Origin: Nitrospirota bacterium
GTDB taxonomy: Bacteria; Nitrospirota; Thermodesulfovibrionia; Thermodesulfovibrionales; Dissulfurispiraceae
NCBI GenBank assembly: GCA_040758355.1
Contig: JBFLWF010000020.1
Coordinates: 1 to 46,716, forward strand
Reading direction: 5' to 3'
DNA: 46,716 nt
The translations under genes were made by a program, and so were the position numbers. A model generated the notes under the pieces. The model did not search any database. It was given only the letters and a program-made list of their open reading frames with translations, and was not told the origin of the DNA. The first letter of the stretch is position 1. Each line of letters opens with the position of its first letter. Positions 30,627-38,061 of this stretch are shown one piece after another.

Positions 30627-31622
30627 TTATTTCAAGGCGCTCATTTGTGTCCTGTTTCTCTCACTATTCAGCATAAAAACAAATGGCAGCCCTAAAAGAG
30701 GCGGTATCAGATAGCGCAGTATGGCTAATGCACCGACAGCTATAAGAACTGCAGGAGATTCCATCCCATTAAATATGGTTAGCAAGGCTGCTTCCCTTGT
30801 TCCTACACCCGCAATGGTGATAGGAATAAGGCCTGCAAATATCACAATCGGCAATAGCAGATAAATAGTTCCTGCATCCATATGCGAGTTCATTGCCCTG
30901 AATATAAACAGAAATTGTGTCAGATGGAAAAACCATAGAAGAAGAGACAGCCCTATTATCATTGGCAACTTTTTATTGTCTCTCATCTTTTGAAACACGC
31001 TGATACCCAATGGAATTTTCTTAATATAACTTGCAGTTTTATTGGATGCATTCCCATATAGGTTAAAGATCACTAATGCAAGATAAAGCACTAGCGGCAG
31101 GAAAGCTACTACATTCAATATAGCAATAAATTCAAAGTGTTTGTTGTAAACCGATGCAAAGAAAATGGTCAATACACACAAACTGAGGATGTCACAAATT
31201 TTTTCAGCCATCACTAAATCTACCGCATTAATTATTCCTGTCATGTTATCCTTTACCAGATAATAAACTTTTACTGTATCTCCCAATTTTGAAGGTATAA
31301 TAAGGTTCCAGAAATTACTCGCCATAGAATATTTGAAATTCTCATAAAAACCGGCCTTATAGTTTGAAAGCGCAATAATATGCCATCTGAAAGTCTTCAC
31401 AAAAATTATCGGTAAAAACATTAAGAAGAAGGATGCCATGGATGGCATATCGGGCTTCAGCAAAAGATGCAACAGATTGCTAACGTCTATCTTTGAGTAA
31501 ACAAATACGATGATAGACAGCGAAACAATAATGCTTAATATGTGTTTTAAAATGCTTCTCCGTCTTCCATGCCAAAATCCAGACTTTCTATCGGGACTGT
31601 ATTTAAAAATCTTTAATATCAA
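30627..31622 (-). CDS. Lysylphosphatidylglycerol-synthase TM domain / flippase-like protein (UPF0104)
   Basis: K.FRW, N.IIPSKLGD..K..YL, EK..D, IPITIAGVGTRE motifs; ~8 TMs. Confidence 0.82.
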   Translation of the reverse strand: MILKIFKYSPDRKSGFWHGRRRSILKHILSIIVSLSIIVFVYSKIDVSNLLHLLLKPDMPSMASFFLMFLPIIFVKTFRWHIIALSNYKAGFYENFKYSMASNFWNLIIPSKLGDTVKVYYLVKDNMTGIINAVDLVMAEKICDILSLCVLTIFFASVYNKHFEFIAILNVVAFLPLVLYLALVIFNLYGNASNKTASYIKKIPLGISVFQKMRDNKKLPMIIGLSLLLWFFHLTQFLFIFRAMNSHMDAGTIYLLLPIVIFAGLIPITIAGVGTREAALLTIFNGMESPAVLIAVGALAILRYLIPPLLGLPFVFMLNSERNRTQMSALK

Positions 31623-31679
31623 TTTCGGCAGGACTTAAAAACATATTGATTCAAAGTAAAAAGCTCTAACCGAGCCATT

Positions 31680-33359
31680 TTATAGGACATCCCAGATTAT
31701 CTGATTTTCTCTTATTCTGGCCTCAACATGCAGTCTTCTTTTTTTACGGAGAAGATTAAGCATGTCGGCAGAGATTTTCATGCCGCTGGCCTGCAGTTCC
31801 TGGGTTTGGAAATAACGGCTTTGAGGGACATATCTGACAAAAAATTCATCACCAATCGCAAGTGAACTAAACTGCACATTCCCTTTAACATCTACTTCGG
31901 TCTTCAGTATGAGTTCCCCGTTATTAACCTTAAAACTGCGTCTGAATCGTATAGGTACAGTGCGCTGGCCGAGAATAAGCATTTTACGGATATACCCTTT
32001 TATTAAATGTGCTATAGCAGGTATTCTTCCCAAAACAATCATCGTACAGCGGAACAATATATTCCTGAGAGGCGTAAAAAGTTTGTTTGAGGGTACGGTA
32101 TTAAGATAGCCGGCTGCTTCCCATCCATCATCGCTGACTTCACATTTATAATCAGGATCAATCCATTGCGATGTGACTATTCTGCCGTCTTCCAGTTTGC
32201 CGATTAATCCACAGTCATTATACAACAACTTCCCGTCTTTACGACTGAAGACCTTAACCACTCCCCCTTTGGCTATATTGGCAACTATGTAATACTCATC
32301 ATTGTTCGAAATGAAAATTCGTGACAGGGGAAAATACTTAGTATAAGCCCCTCTTTCGAAAGGCAAGGGAGGCAATTGAGCCTTTCTCGGTTTGTAGTCA
32401 AGATATGCCTGAAGAAACTCGGGCACCCGGTATACTACATAGCGGTCTGAAATTATTTCTGGAGGTACAAGTTTATATTCACTCAGGGAGTTAAGCATCT
32501 CTTCTGCAATAGAGGCAGCAAGCGGTATTTTATCGCTAAGAATTTCAAAACCGTGCGGATAAAAATGTAATGTATTGCGGCTTCCTGCGCTGCCGGCATA
32601 AAAACCATTTGGGTAGACAAAATAACTACAAAACTCCACAGATTGCTTTAATACCTCTAATATCTCAGGTGACGGATTTGTCTGATAAATTTTAGCTAAA
32701 AAAGAGACTGTTGCTGAGAGATATCCCGGATCAACACCATCATATTCGCGAGACCACCCCTCCTCTTTGATATGATATTGGAGAAAGCCCTTCCATAGAC
32801 GATCATACCCTGATTTAATATCCTGTTCGGGAAAGAGTTCGAATGCTTTCCACACTGCCAGGCAGGCCATTGCATGATGATTGGCTAAATGGTCTTCCTC
32901 CGACTCTCCCTGGATTATAAACCGTGCTGCTTTCCTTATGGCGGATAATACACGGTCGGCTACATCATCAGGCATCTCATCCTTCAATAAATTATAAGCT
33001 TCTATACTCGTAAAGGTAGTAAATGCTGTTGGTCCTACCCAGCCACGCTCATATGGATAAAACTCATCAAAAGAACCATCCTTATGCTGTATTTTTGCCC
33101 AGAATTCAAGACCGGCTATTGCCCAATCCCTAACTTTGGATTGTCCTTTATATATATTTCCATGGAAATCAAACTTATAAACCATGGCTAATGCATGTAC
33201 AGCAAACTGCCGCACAGCATCAGGAAAATCTGAAGTCTTATCCAACCAGTAATCACGATGGAAGCACCCGTAAGTAGAAGAAAAGGGGTTACGATCCTGA
33301 TTGCTTAGCAGTCTTGGAATCTGGCTTAATGCCTTTAATGCATAAATATCTCTATGCAT
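31680..33359 (-). CDS. Uncharacterised 559 aa protein, probable alpha/alpha toroid plus beta domain
   Basis: Long ORF coupled to the GT2 stop (TAATG overlap). Contains QHKDGSFDE (QW-repeat-like), LANH, EGW..EYDG.DPGY and YPNG motifs reminiscent of toroid lyase/epimerase folds. Function not assignable. Confidence 0.6.
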   Translation of the reverse strand: MHRDIYALKALSQIPRLLSNQDRNPFSSTYGCFHRDYWLDKTSDFPDAVRQFAVHALAMVYKFDFHGNIYKGQSKVRDWAIAGLEFWAKIQHKDGSFDEFYPYERGWVGPTAFTTFTSIEAYNLLKDEMPDDVADRVLSAIRKAARFIIQGESEEDHLANHHAMACLAVWKAFELFPEQDIKSGYDRLWKGFLQYHIKEEGWSREYDGVDPGYLSATVSFLAKIYQTNPSPEILEVLKQSVEFCSYFVYPNGFYAGSAGSRNTLHFYPHGFEILSDKIPLAASIAEEMLNSLSEYKLVPPEIISDRYVVYRVPEFLQAYLDYKPRKAQLPPLPFERGAYTKYFPLSRIFISNNDEYYIVANIAKGGVVKVFSRKDGKLLYNDCGLIGKLEDGRIVTSQWIDPDYKCEVSDDGWEAAGYLNTVPSNKLFTPLRNILFRCTMIVLGRIPAIAHLIKGYIRKMLILGQRTVPIRFRRSFKVNNGELILKTEVDVKGNVQFSSLAIGDEFFVRYVPQSRYFQTQELQASGMKISADMLNLLRKKRRLHVEARIRENQIIWDVL

Positions 33360-34306
33360 TATTCCTCTTTATAATAACCTGGCATTCTTCTGTCAATTAA
33401 TTCGGCAAGCAGCCCTACTACCAGTACCTCTATAGATGACGTAACTATAATAAGCGTGCTTGTATCAGCAAATCGTCCCAGAACAAATTTACTAAAAATC
33501 CCCCAAAAGATACCGAGCAACATAAGCAGTCCGCTTATGGGCAAAAATATTTTCAGAGGCGCAAAATATAATGCGATTCTTAAGATAAGTTGAAGAAAAT
33601 TAATTGTATCTCTCATCGGCCTGATTTTAGAATTCCCTATCCGTGCATGATAATTTATAGGTATATATTCGACATAGAATCCATTAGTTAGTAATGCTAA
33701 GGTTATTGTCGTCGTGAACGAAAAACCATTTGGTAAGACACTCAAAAATTGCATGGCTACAGATTTTTTGAAAACTCTGAGGCCCGAATTAAGATCGGGA
33801 ATATATTGGCCGGATACCAGGTTGGCGACTTTCTGGAGCACCCATTTTGCCGGTCTGCGAACCAAAGGGATATTTACATTTTTCCCTATGCGGGCTCCAA
33901 CTACCATATCTGCATTCTCGGTTTTAATTTTATCTATCAATTTCGGAATATCCTCATTTGGATAGGTGGCATCAGCATCGGTAATACATATCAAGTCGTA
34001 CCTGGCAGAACGAATACCTCTTTTGATCGATGCACCATATCCGCGATTAACGTTGTTACGCAAGAGGACTATGTTATCGTACTGCTTAGCTTTCTCGTAG
34101 GTACCATCTTGAGACCCGTCATCCACAACTATAATCTCGCATTTGAAATCTACTTGTGACATTATTTTTGATAAATGCTCAAGAACATGGCCTATTCCAT
34201 CCTCTTCGTTGAAAGCAGGGATAATGATAGATAAGCCTGATAACAATTTTTCTCTCTCTTTATTGCCTGTATATAATGCTCCTATTTTCATATAATCCAG
34301 AGTCAC
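33359..34306 (-). CDS. GT2 glycosyltransferase, DPM1/GtrB-like, with two C-terminal TM helices
   Basis: IIIPAFNEE, VVDDGSQD, NRGYGA, ITDADATY, DLNSGLR, R.G.SKI.P.RD. Confidence 0.9.
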   Translation of the reverse strand: MTLDYMKIGALYTGNKEREKLLSGLSIIIPAFNEEDGIGHVLEHLSKIMSQVDFKCEIIVVDDGSQDGTYEKAKQYDNIVLLRNNVNRGYGASIKRGIRSARYDLICITDADATYPNEDIPKLIDKIKTENADMVVGARIGKNVNIPLVRRPAKWVLQKVANLVSGQYIPDLNSGLRVFKKSVAMQFLSVLPNGFSFTTTITLALLTNGFYVEYIPINYHARIGNSKIRPMRDTINFLQLILRIALYFAPLKIFLPISGLLMLLGIFWGIFSKFVLGRFADTSTLIIVTSSIEVLVVGLLAELIDRRMPGYYKEE

Positions 34307-34407
34307 ATGCCCCTTGTTTTATTTATATACTCTATGAAGAATGCTAAAAAGACCCCTGCAAAGATGCCGCTAATACCGTCAAGCGCTATATTCAGCTTTA
34401 TCTTGTT
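34303..34407 (-). pseudogene. Relic 3' end of a second wzz gene
   Basis: Translates NKIKLNIALDGISGIFAGVFLAFFIEYINKTRGM*, versus the intact Wzz end PNIKMNIALTGVVSLFTGIFLAFFIEYIERIKK*. It is preceded by an in-frame TAA, and its TGA overlaps the GT2 GTG (GTGA). Confidence 0.8.
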
Positions 34408-34523
34408 TTACAAATTATACTACAAATACAAATTAGAATTGTCCTTGTACTATAATTTCAGACTGCTCCGCCCTCTCAGTTACATATCCGCATTTTTTGC
34501 AGATTGCAACCAAGAAGGACTTT

Positions 34524-34566
34524 CGTAATACGTGATGCGTAATACGTAATGCGTTAAGGCATTACG
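34524..34566. repeat. Tandem heptamer array downstream of the four-helix-bundle pseudogene
   Basis: cgtaata cgtgatg cgtaata cgtaatg cgttaag (g) cattacg. Confidence 0.85.
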
Positions 34567-34736
34567 ATTTATGTTTTAAAAATCGTATCAATCCGAGCAA
34601 CATTTTACGTATAACGTCTTATTTGAGATACAATACCGTACTGCTCTTTCTGAGGAAAGTTCATAGTTAAAGTATAAACTTTTTCAGCCAAATCCATTGC
34701 TTTATTCCATACATCCAAATCCTTATGTGTTTTCAT
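34562..34736 (-). pseudogene. Four-helix-bundle protein (23S rRNA-IVP / TIGR02436 family), internally deleted
   Basis: MKTHKDLDVWNKAMDLAEKVYTLTMNFPQKEQYGIVSQIRR (family N-terminus), joined out of frame to IRKMLLGLIRFLKHKS* (family C-terminus). The central S+.SNIAEG segment is missing. Confidence 0.88.
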
Positions 34737-34768
34737 AACCCATTACTCATAACTCATAACGCATTACG
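34734..34768. repeat. Tandem heptamer array upstream of the four-helix-bundle pseudogene
   Basis: cataacc cattact cataact cataacg cattacg. 34757-34768 is the exact reverse complement of 34545-34556. Confidence 0.85.
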
Positions 34769-35282
34769 CTTTCTCTACATCTGATGCGTCTATCTTTATA
34801 GACACGCCCTGTCTGAGTATATCAACCGAAAGGACAAGGATGTGCTGTCCAGGCCTTTCAACAAGTATTCCTTCTACTCCCTTCAGCGGGCCTTTCTTTA
34901 TCCTGACCCTCTGCCCTTCGTTTAAATACGGATAAGGGTCGAGGTTTTCTTTGCTCTCAACAAGTCTTTTCAGGGAATCTATCTGTTCATCTGGAACTGG
35001 CTCTGGTTCGCCGGGAATTATACCAATGAACCTCACGACACCGGGAGTTTTCAGGATAGCAAGCATGGTATCGTAAATTTTATGGATATGAACAAAGAGA
35101 TAACCCGGGAAAAGTGGGAAGTCAACAAGTTTCTTCCTGTCTTTCCATTTATTAAGCCTTTCAACAACAGGAAGAAACGCATCTATGCCTGCCTTTGTCA
35201 ATCTACCCAATACTTTGAATTCATGCCTTGATCTGACATGAATCGCATACCAGTAATATTCTGAAATGTCTGTTGACCCCAT
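34764..35282 (-). CDS. NusG-paralog transcription antiterminator (UpxY/RfaH-like)
   Basis: WYAIHVRSRHE, FLP, WKDRKK.V..PLFPGYLFV, TPGVVRFIG NGN domain; KOW domain GQRVRIKKGPLKGVEG. Confidence 0.92.
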   Translation of the reverse strand: MGSTDISEYYWYAIHVRSRHEFKVLGRLTKAGIDAFLPVVERLNKWKDRKKLVDFPLFPGYLFVHIHKIYDTMLAILKTPGVVRFIGIIPGEPEPVPDEQIDSLKRLVESKENLDPYPYLNEGQRVRIKKGPLKGVEGILVERPGQHILVLSVDILRQGVSIKIDASDVEKA

Positions 35283-35287
35283 ATCCC

Positions 35288-35869
35288 CTATAGAAAATAA
35301 ATCCTGTCAGGACTTATGCCTGATTGATATATGGTATCGATTATTATGTCGTCCATGGATGAAACTAATACGGCATCATAATCAATTTCATTTACATCAG
35401 CCAGTGAATAAATATGATGTCCGAAGAATGCGTTTTCTATCCTTCTGTCAGCAACAACCCCTACAATCTTAAGCGGAAGCCCTCTTGTTGAGATGTAGCA
35501 TAGTTCTGCAATCTCTCCGTCTCCCCACAAAAGGATATTTTTAACTCCGGACGACATCATGGTTGTATAGGTATGTTCAATCTTGTGTCTAACGTCTTTG
35601 AAATAATCTATCGACCGGTGCATATAGTTGTATGTGAGCCTTGCCTTTTCTGTAAACCCTTTTGGTGTGATTATGTATTTGATTCTGTTTTTAGGGAGGT
35701 TTTTAATCTTTATATACCCTTTTTTATAAAGCCTTTTTACATATGCATTTACAAGACCAAGGGCGATTCCGAGATTGGCAGCCAATGCCCTCTGGGTAAT
35801 CAGCGGCTCTTTTGTTAGTTCATCGAGGAGTCTCAGTGATATTTCATCAGGGGCTTTATTGCTGTTCAT
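35288..35869 (-). CDS. EPS-associated MarR-type winged-HTH regulator with a C-terminal Rossmann-like domain
   Basis: TQRALAANLGIALGLVNAYVKRL..KGYIK, Y.ITPKGF.EK.RL; C-terminal ILLWGDGEIAE. Confidence 0.85.
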   Translation of the reverse strand: MNSNKAPDEISLRLLDELTKEPLITQRALAANLGIALGLVNAYVKRLYKKGYIKIKNLPKNRIKYIITPKGFTEKARLTYNYMHRSIDYFKDVRHKIEHTYTTMMSSGVKNILLWGDGEIAELCYISTRGLPLKIVGVVADRRIENAFFGHHIYSLADVNEIDYDAVLVSSMDDIIIDTIYQSGISPDRIYFL

Positions 35870-35906
35870 GATTTGAACAATAACACAGGGAAAAAATTCG
35901 TGTCAA
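35863..35906 (-). promoter_or_regulatory. Sigma70 promoter and palindromic operator of the MarR-antiterminator operon
   Basis: TTGACA (35906-35901), 18 bp spacer, extended -10 TGnTATTGT (35882-35877), ATG 7 nt later. TGTTCA-N5-TGAACA at 35863-35879 overlaps the -10 and the start codon. Confidence 0.7.
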
Positions 35907-35928
35907 GGAAAAAATTGAACTCAGACTA

Positions 35929-36705
35929 TCACTTCTTAATCCTTTCAATATATTCTATAAAAAAAGCTAAGAATATACCTGTAAAAAGACTAACCACACC
36001 TGTAAGGGCTATATTCATCTTTATATTTGGCTTAACGGGTTTTTTTGAGATATATGGCTGCCCTATCATCTCGACGCCTTTAAGATTTTTAATAGCCTGT
36101 TCCAGCATGAGCTTTTCTATCTTTAAGTCGACAAATTTTTTATAAGTGTCTATTTTAGTAACTCCTGTCGGAGCAGCTCCTTCTTTTTTTAATAGGTCAG
36201 TATAGACCTTTGGCACTTTTATTGACCCGTCTATTAACTCGGATAATTCTTTAACCTGCATTAAAAATTTCTCTTTTTGTTGTTGAACAGATTGTTTTAC
36301 TAAAGGATAGTTGTTTATATATTCGATTAATGCTGATGTCGCATCAGGAATATTATCAGCATTTTTACTTTCTATAATTACCTGAATTACCTGTAATTTA
36401 TCTGTTGAATTCTTTAAAGGACTCATTTTAATGCTCATTATTGAAGGCAAAATGCTTTTCACTTTTTCCTCTCCCGATGTTTCCATAAGATCGACTATTT
36501 CCTTTGCTGTTATTATTTCCTTTGCTGTTACTATCAAAATAGCTTTCCCTCTATAAATCTTGGACATAAGAAGACTTACGATTGCCGCTGTAATTATGGA
36601 AATCAGAAATAAGCCGATTATCAGCCTCTTTCTCTTAACAATCACCTGCCAATAATCATAGAGGTTAATTTCATCTTCATTATTAGTACCGCTCTCTGCT
36701 GGCAT
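35929..36705 (-). CDS. wzz: Polysaccharide chain-length determinant (Wzz/PCP-1-like)
   Basis: EDEINLYDYWQVIVKRKRLII plus TM1, KIY...A; C-terminal P.KP..K.NIAL plus TM2 GIFLAFFIEY. Start probably the ATG at 36705 (AGGAG RBS). Confidence 0.85.
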   Translation of the reverse strand: MPAESGTNNEDEINLYDYWQVIVKRKRLIIGLFLISIITAAIVSLLMSKIYRGKAILIVTAKEIITAKEIVDLMETSGEEKVKSILPSIMSIKMSPLKNSTDKLQVIQVIIESKNADNIPDATSALIEYINNYPLVKQSVQQQKEKFLMQVKELSELIDGSIKVPKVYTDLLKKEGAAPTGVTKIDTYKKFVDLKIEKLMLEQAIKNLKGVEMIGQPYISKKPVKPNIKMNIALTGVVSLFTGIFLAFFIEYIERIKK

Positions 36706-36810
36706 GTTATACATTCTCCTCAAGATTTTTCTATAAATTCTTCACTTTCCAATTGTAAAGTAGTTTTACAAATTTAATATGCAAATGTAAAGCAAAAAGT
36801 AGCCCTCTTA

Positions 36811-36840
36811 TTGAATAATCGCATTGGCCTGAATTATAGT
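36811..36840 (+). promoter_or_regulatory. Putative sigma70 promoter for the ABC permease pair
   Basis: TTGAAT (36811-16), 18 bp spacer, TATAGT (36835-40), ATG 6 nt downstream; no Shine-Dalgarno. Confidence 0.5.
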
Positions 36841-36846
36841 AAGGTT

Positions 36847-38061
36847 ATGGACAGGCTCATTAAAATCATCTCGCAATCTATCAGGGCTGTGAGGGCCTTC
36901 AAGCTGAGGACTTTTTTCTGTCTGATAAGCGTAGCACTGGGTATTGCATCAATCACTGTAATTGTCGCTGCCACAGAGGGGGCGTATAAAAAGGCACTTG
37001 ATATTGTGGCGAGGTTTGGCCCTGATTCCCTGATGATATTCAGCGGAGGTGAGGAAGCGAGGGCAGTAGGACTGAGACAGAAGACGCTGACATTGGATGA
37101 TGTAGAGGCTGTAAAACAGGCATTCTCCAGCGCCTATCTGGTGGTTCCGACTACATCCATCGGCAATACCAATGTTTCATATAAGGACAAGAAATATCAA
37201 ACACAGGTAATAGGCTCTACGAGCGACTACAGTCGTGTGTTCACATGGCCTGTAATACAAGGGTCTGATTTTACGGAAGATGATGTAAGAGGATTAAGGA
37301 ATGTCGGTTTAATCGGACAGCATTTGTTAAAAGAACTCTTTGGCAGCGAAGACCCCGTAGGTAAATACATACTTGTTAAAGGCATACCGGTCCAGATAGT
37401 TGGAGTATTGTCAGAAAGAGGCACATCACCTTCCGGTCATAATCTCGATGACAGAATTATACTTCCACTGACTACAGTAATGAGAAAGCTGCAGAATGAG
37501 ACGAAATACGTATCTGCATTCAGAATAAGATTTGTTGATCAGGAAAATCTTTATACCCATGCGGAAGAACTCAAGTCATTTCTCAGACAGAGACATAAGA
37601 TCCCAGGCGACGAACCGGATGACTTCAGGATTGTTTCTCCAAAAGAAATAGTAAAGTTCCTCGTTGCCCTTACAGGCTCGCTTGTGATATTCCTCGGAGT
37701 CACAGGGCTTATATCCCTGATAGTTGCAGGGTTTGTCCTCGCAAATCTGTTCTTGCTGTCTGTCAAGGAAAGGACAACAGAAATAGGCATAAGAAGGGCA
37801 GCAGGCGCAAAGAGAAGGGATATATTAATGCAGTTCCTCGGAGAGTCGGTGATTATTACGACCATTGGAGGCTTATTTGGATTTCTGTTGGGTTTGTTGT
37901 CTTCAAAACTCCTCATGTTAATAGCACAGTTTCCGATCCATTTTTCATGGAAGGCATTTGCCATAGGGCTGTTCCTTTCATGGGCAGTGGGAATAGGTTT
38001 TGGTTTACAGCCTGCAAATAGGGCTGCAAATCTTAAGCCGATAGAGGCAATAAGGGGATGA
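36847..38061 (+). CDS. MacB/FtsX-like ABC transporter permease
   Basis: KLRT...L.SVALGIAS TM1, periplasmic domain, SVKERTTEIGIRRA.GA...DIL.QFL.ES, PA.RAA.LKPIEAIR. Start likely the ATG at 36847. Confidence 0.9.
   Translation: MDRLIKIISQSIRAVRAFKLRTFFCLISVALGIASITVIVAATEGAYKKALDIVARFGPDSLMIFSGGEEARAVGLRQKTLTLDDVEAVKQAFSSAYLVVPTTSIGNTNVSYKDKKYQTQVIGSTSDYSRVFTWPVIQGSDFTEDDVRGLRNVGLIGQHLLKELFGSEDPVGKYILVKGIPVQIVGVLSERGTSPSGHNLDDRIILPLTTVMRKLQNETKYVSAFRIRFVDQENLYTHAEELKSFLRQRHKIPGDEPDDFRIVSPKEIVKFLVALTGSLVIFLGVTGLISLIVAGFVLANLFLLSVKERTTEIGIRRAAGAKRRDILMQFLGESVIITTIGGLFGFLLGLLSSKLLMLIAQFPIHFSWKAFAIGLFLSWAVGIGFGLQPANRAANLKPIEAIRG

Noticed and set aside
34462..34475. GGGCGGAGC on the minus strand as an ops element
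   Set aside because: Does not match GGCGGTAG, and there is no JUMPstart context.
34562..34736. Four-helix-bundle gene as a DGR Avd component
   Set aside because: No reverse transcriptase or TR/VR pair is visible; the heptamer flanks fit the TIGR02436/IVP type.
34524..34768. Short repeats as a CRISPR array
   Set aside because: These are 7-bp tandem units without unique spacers, and there are no cas genes.
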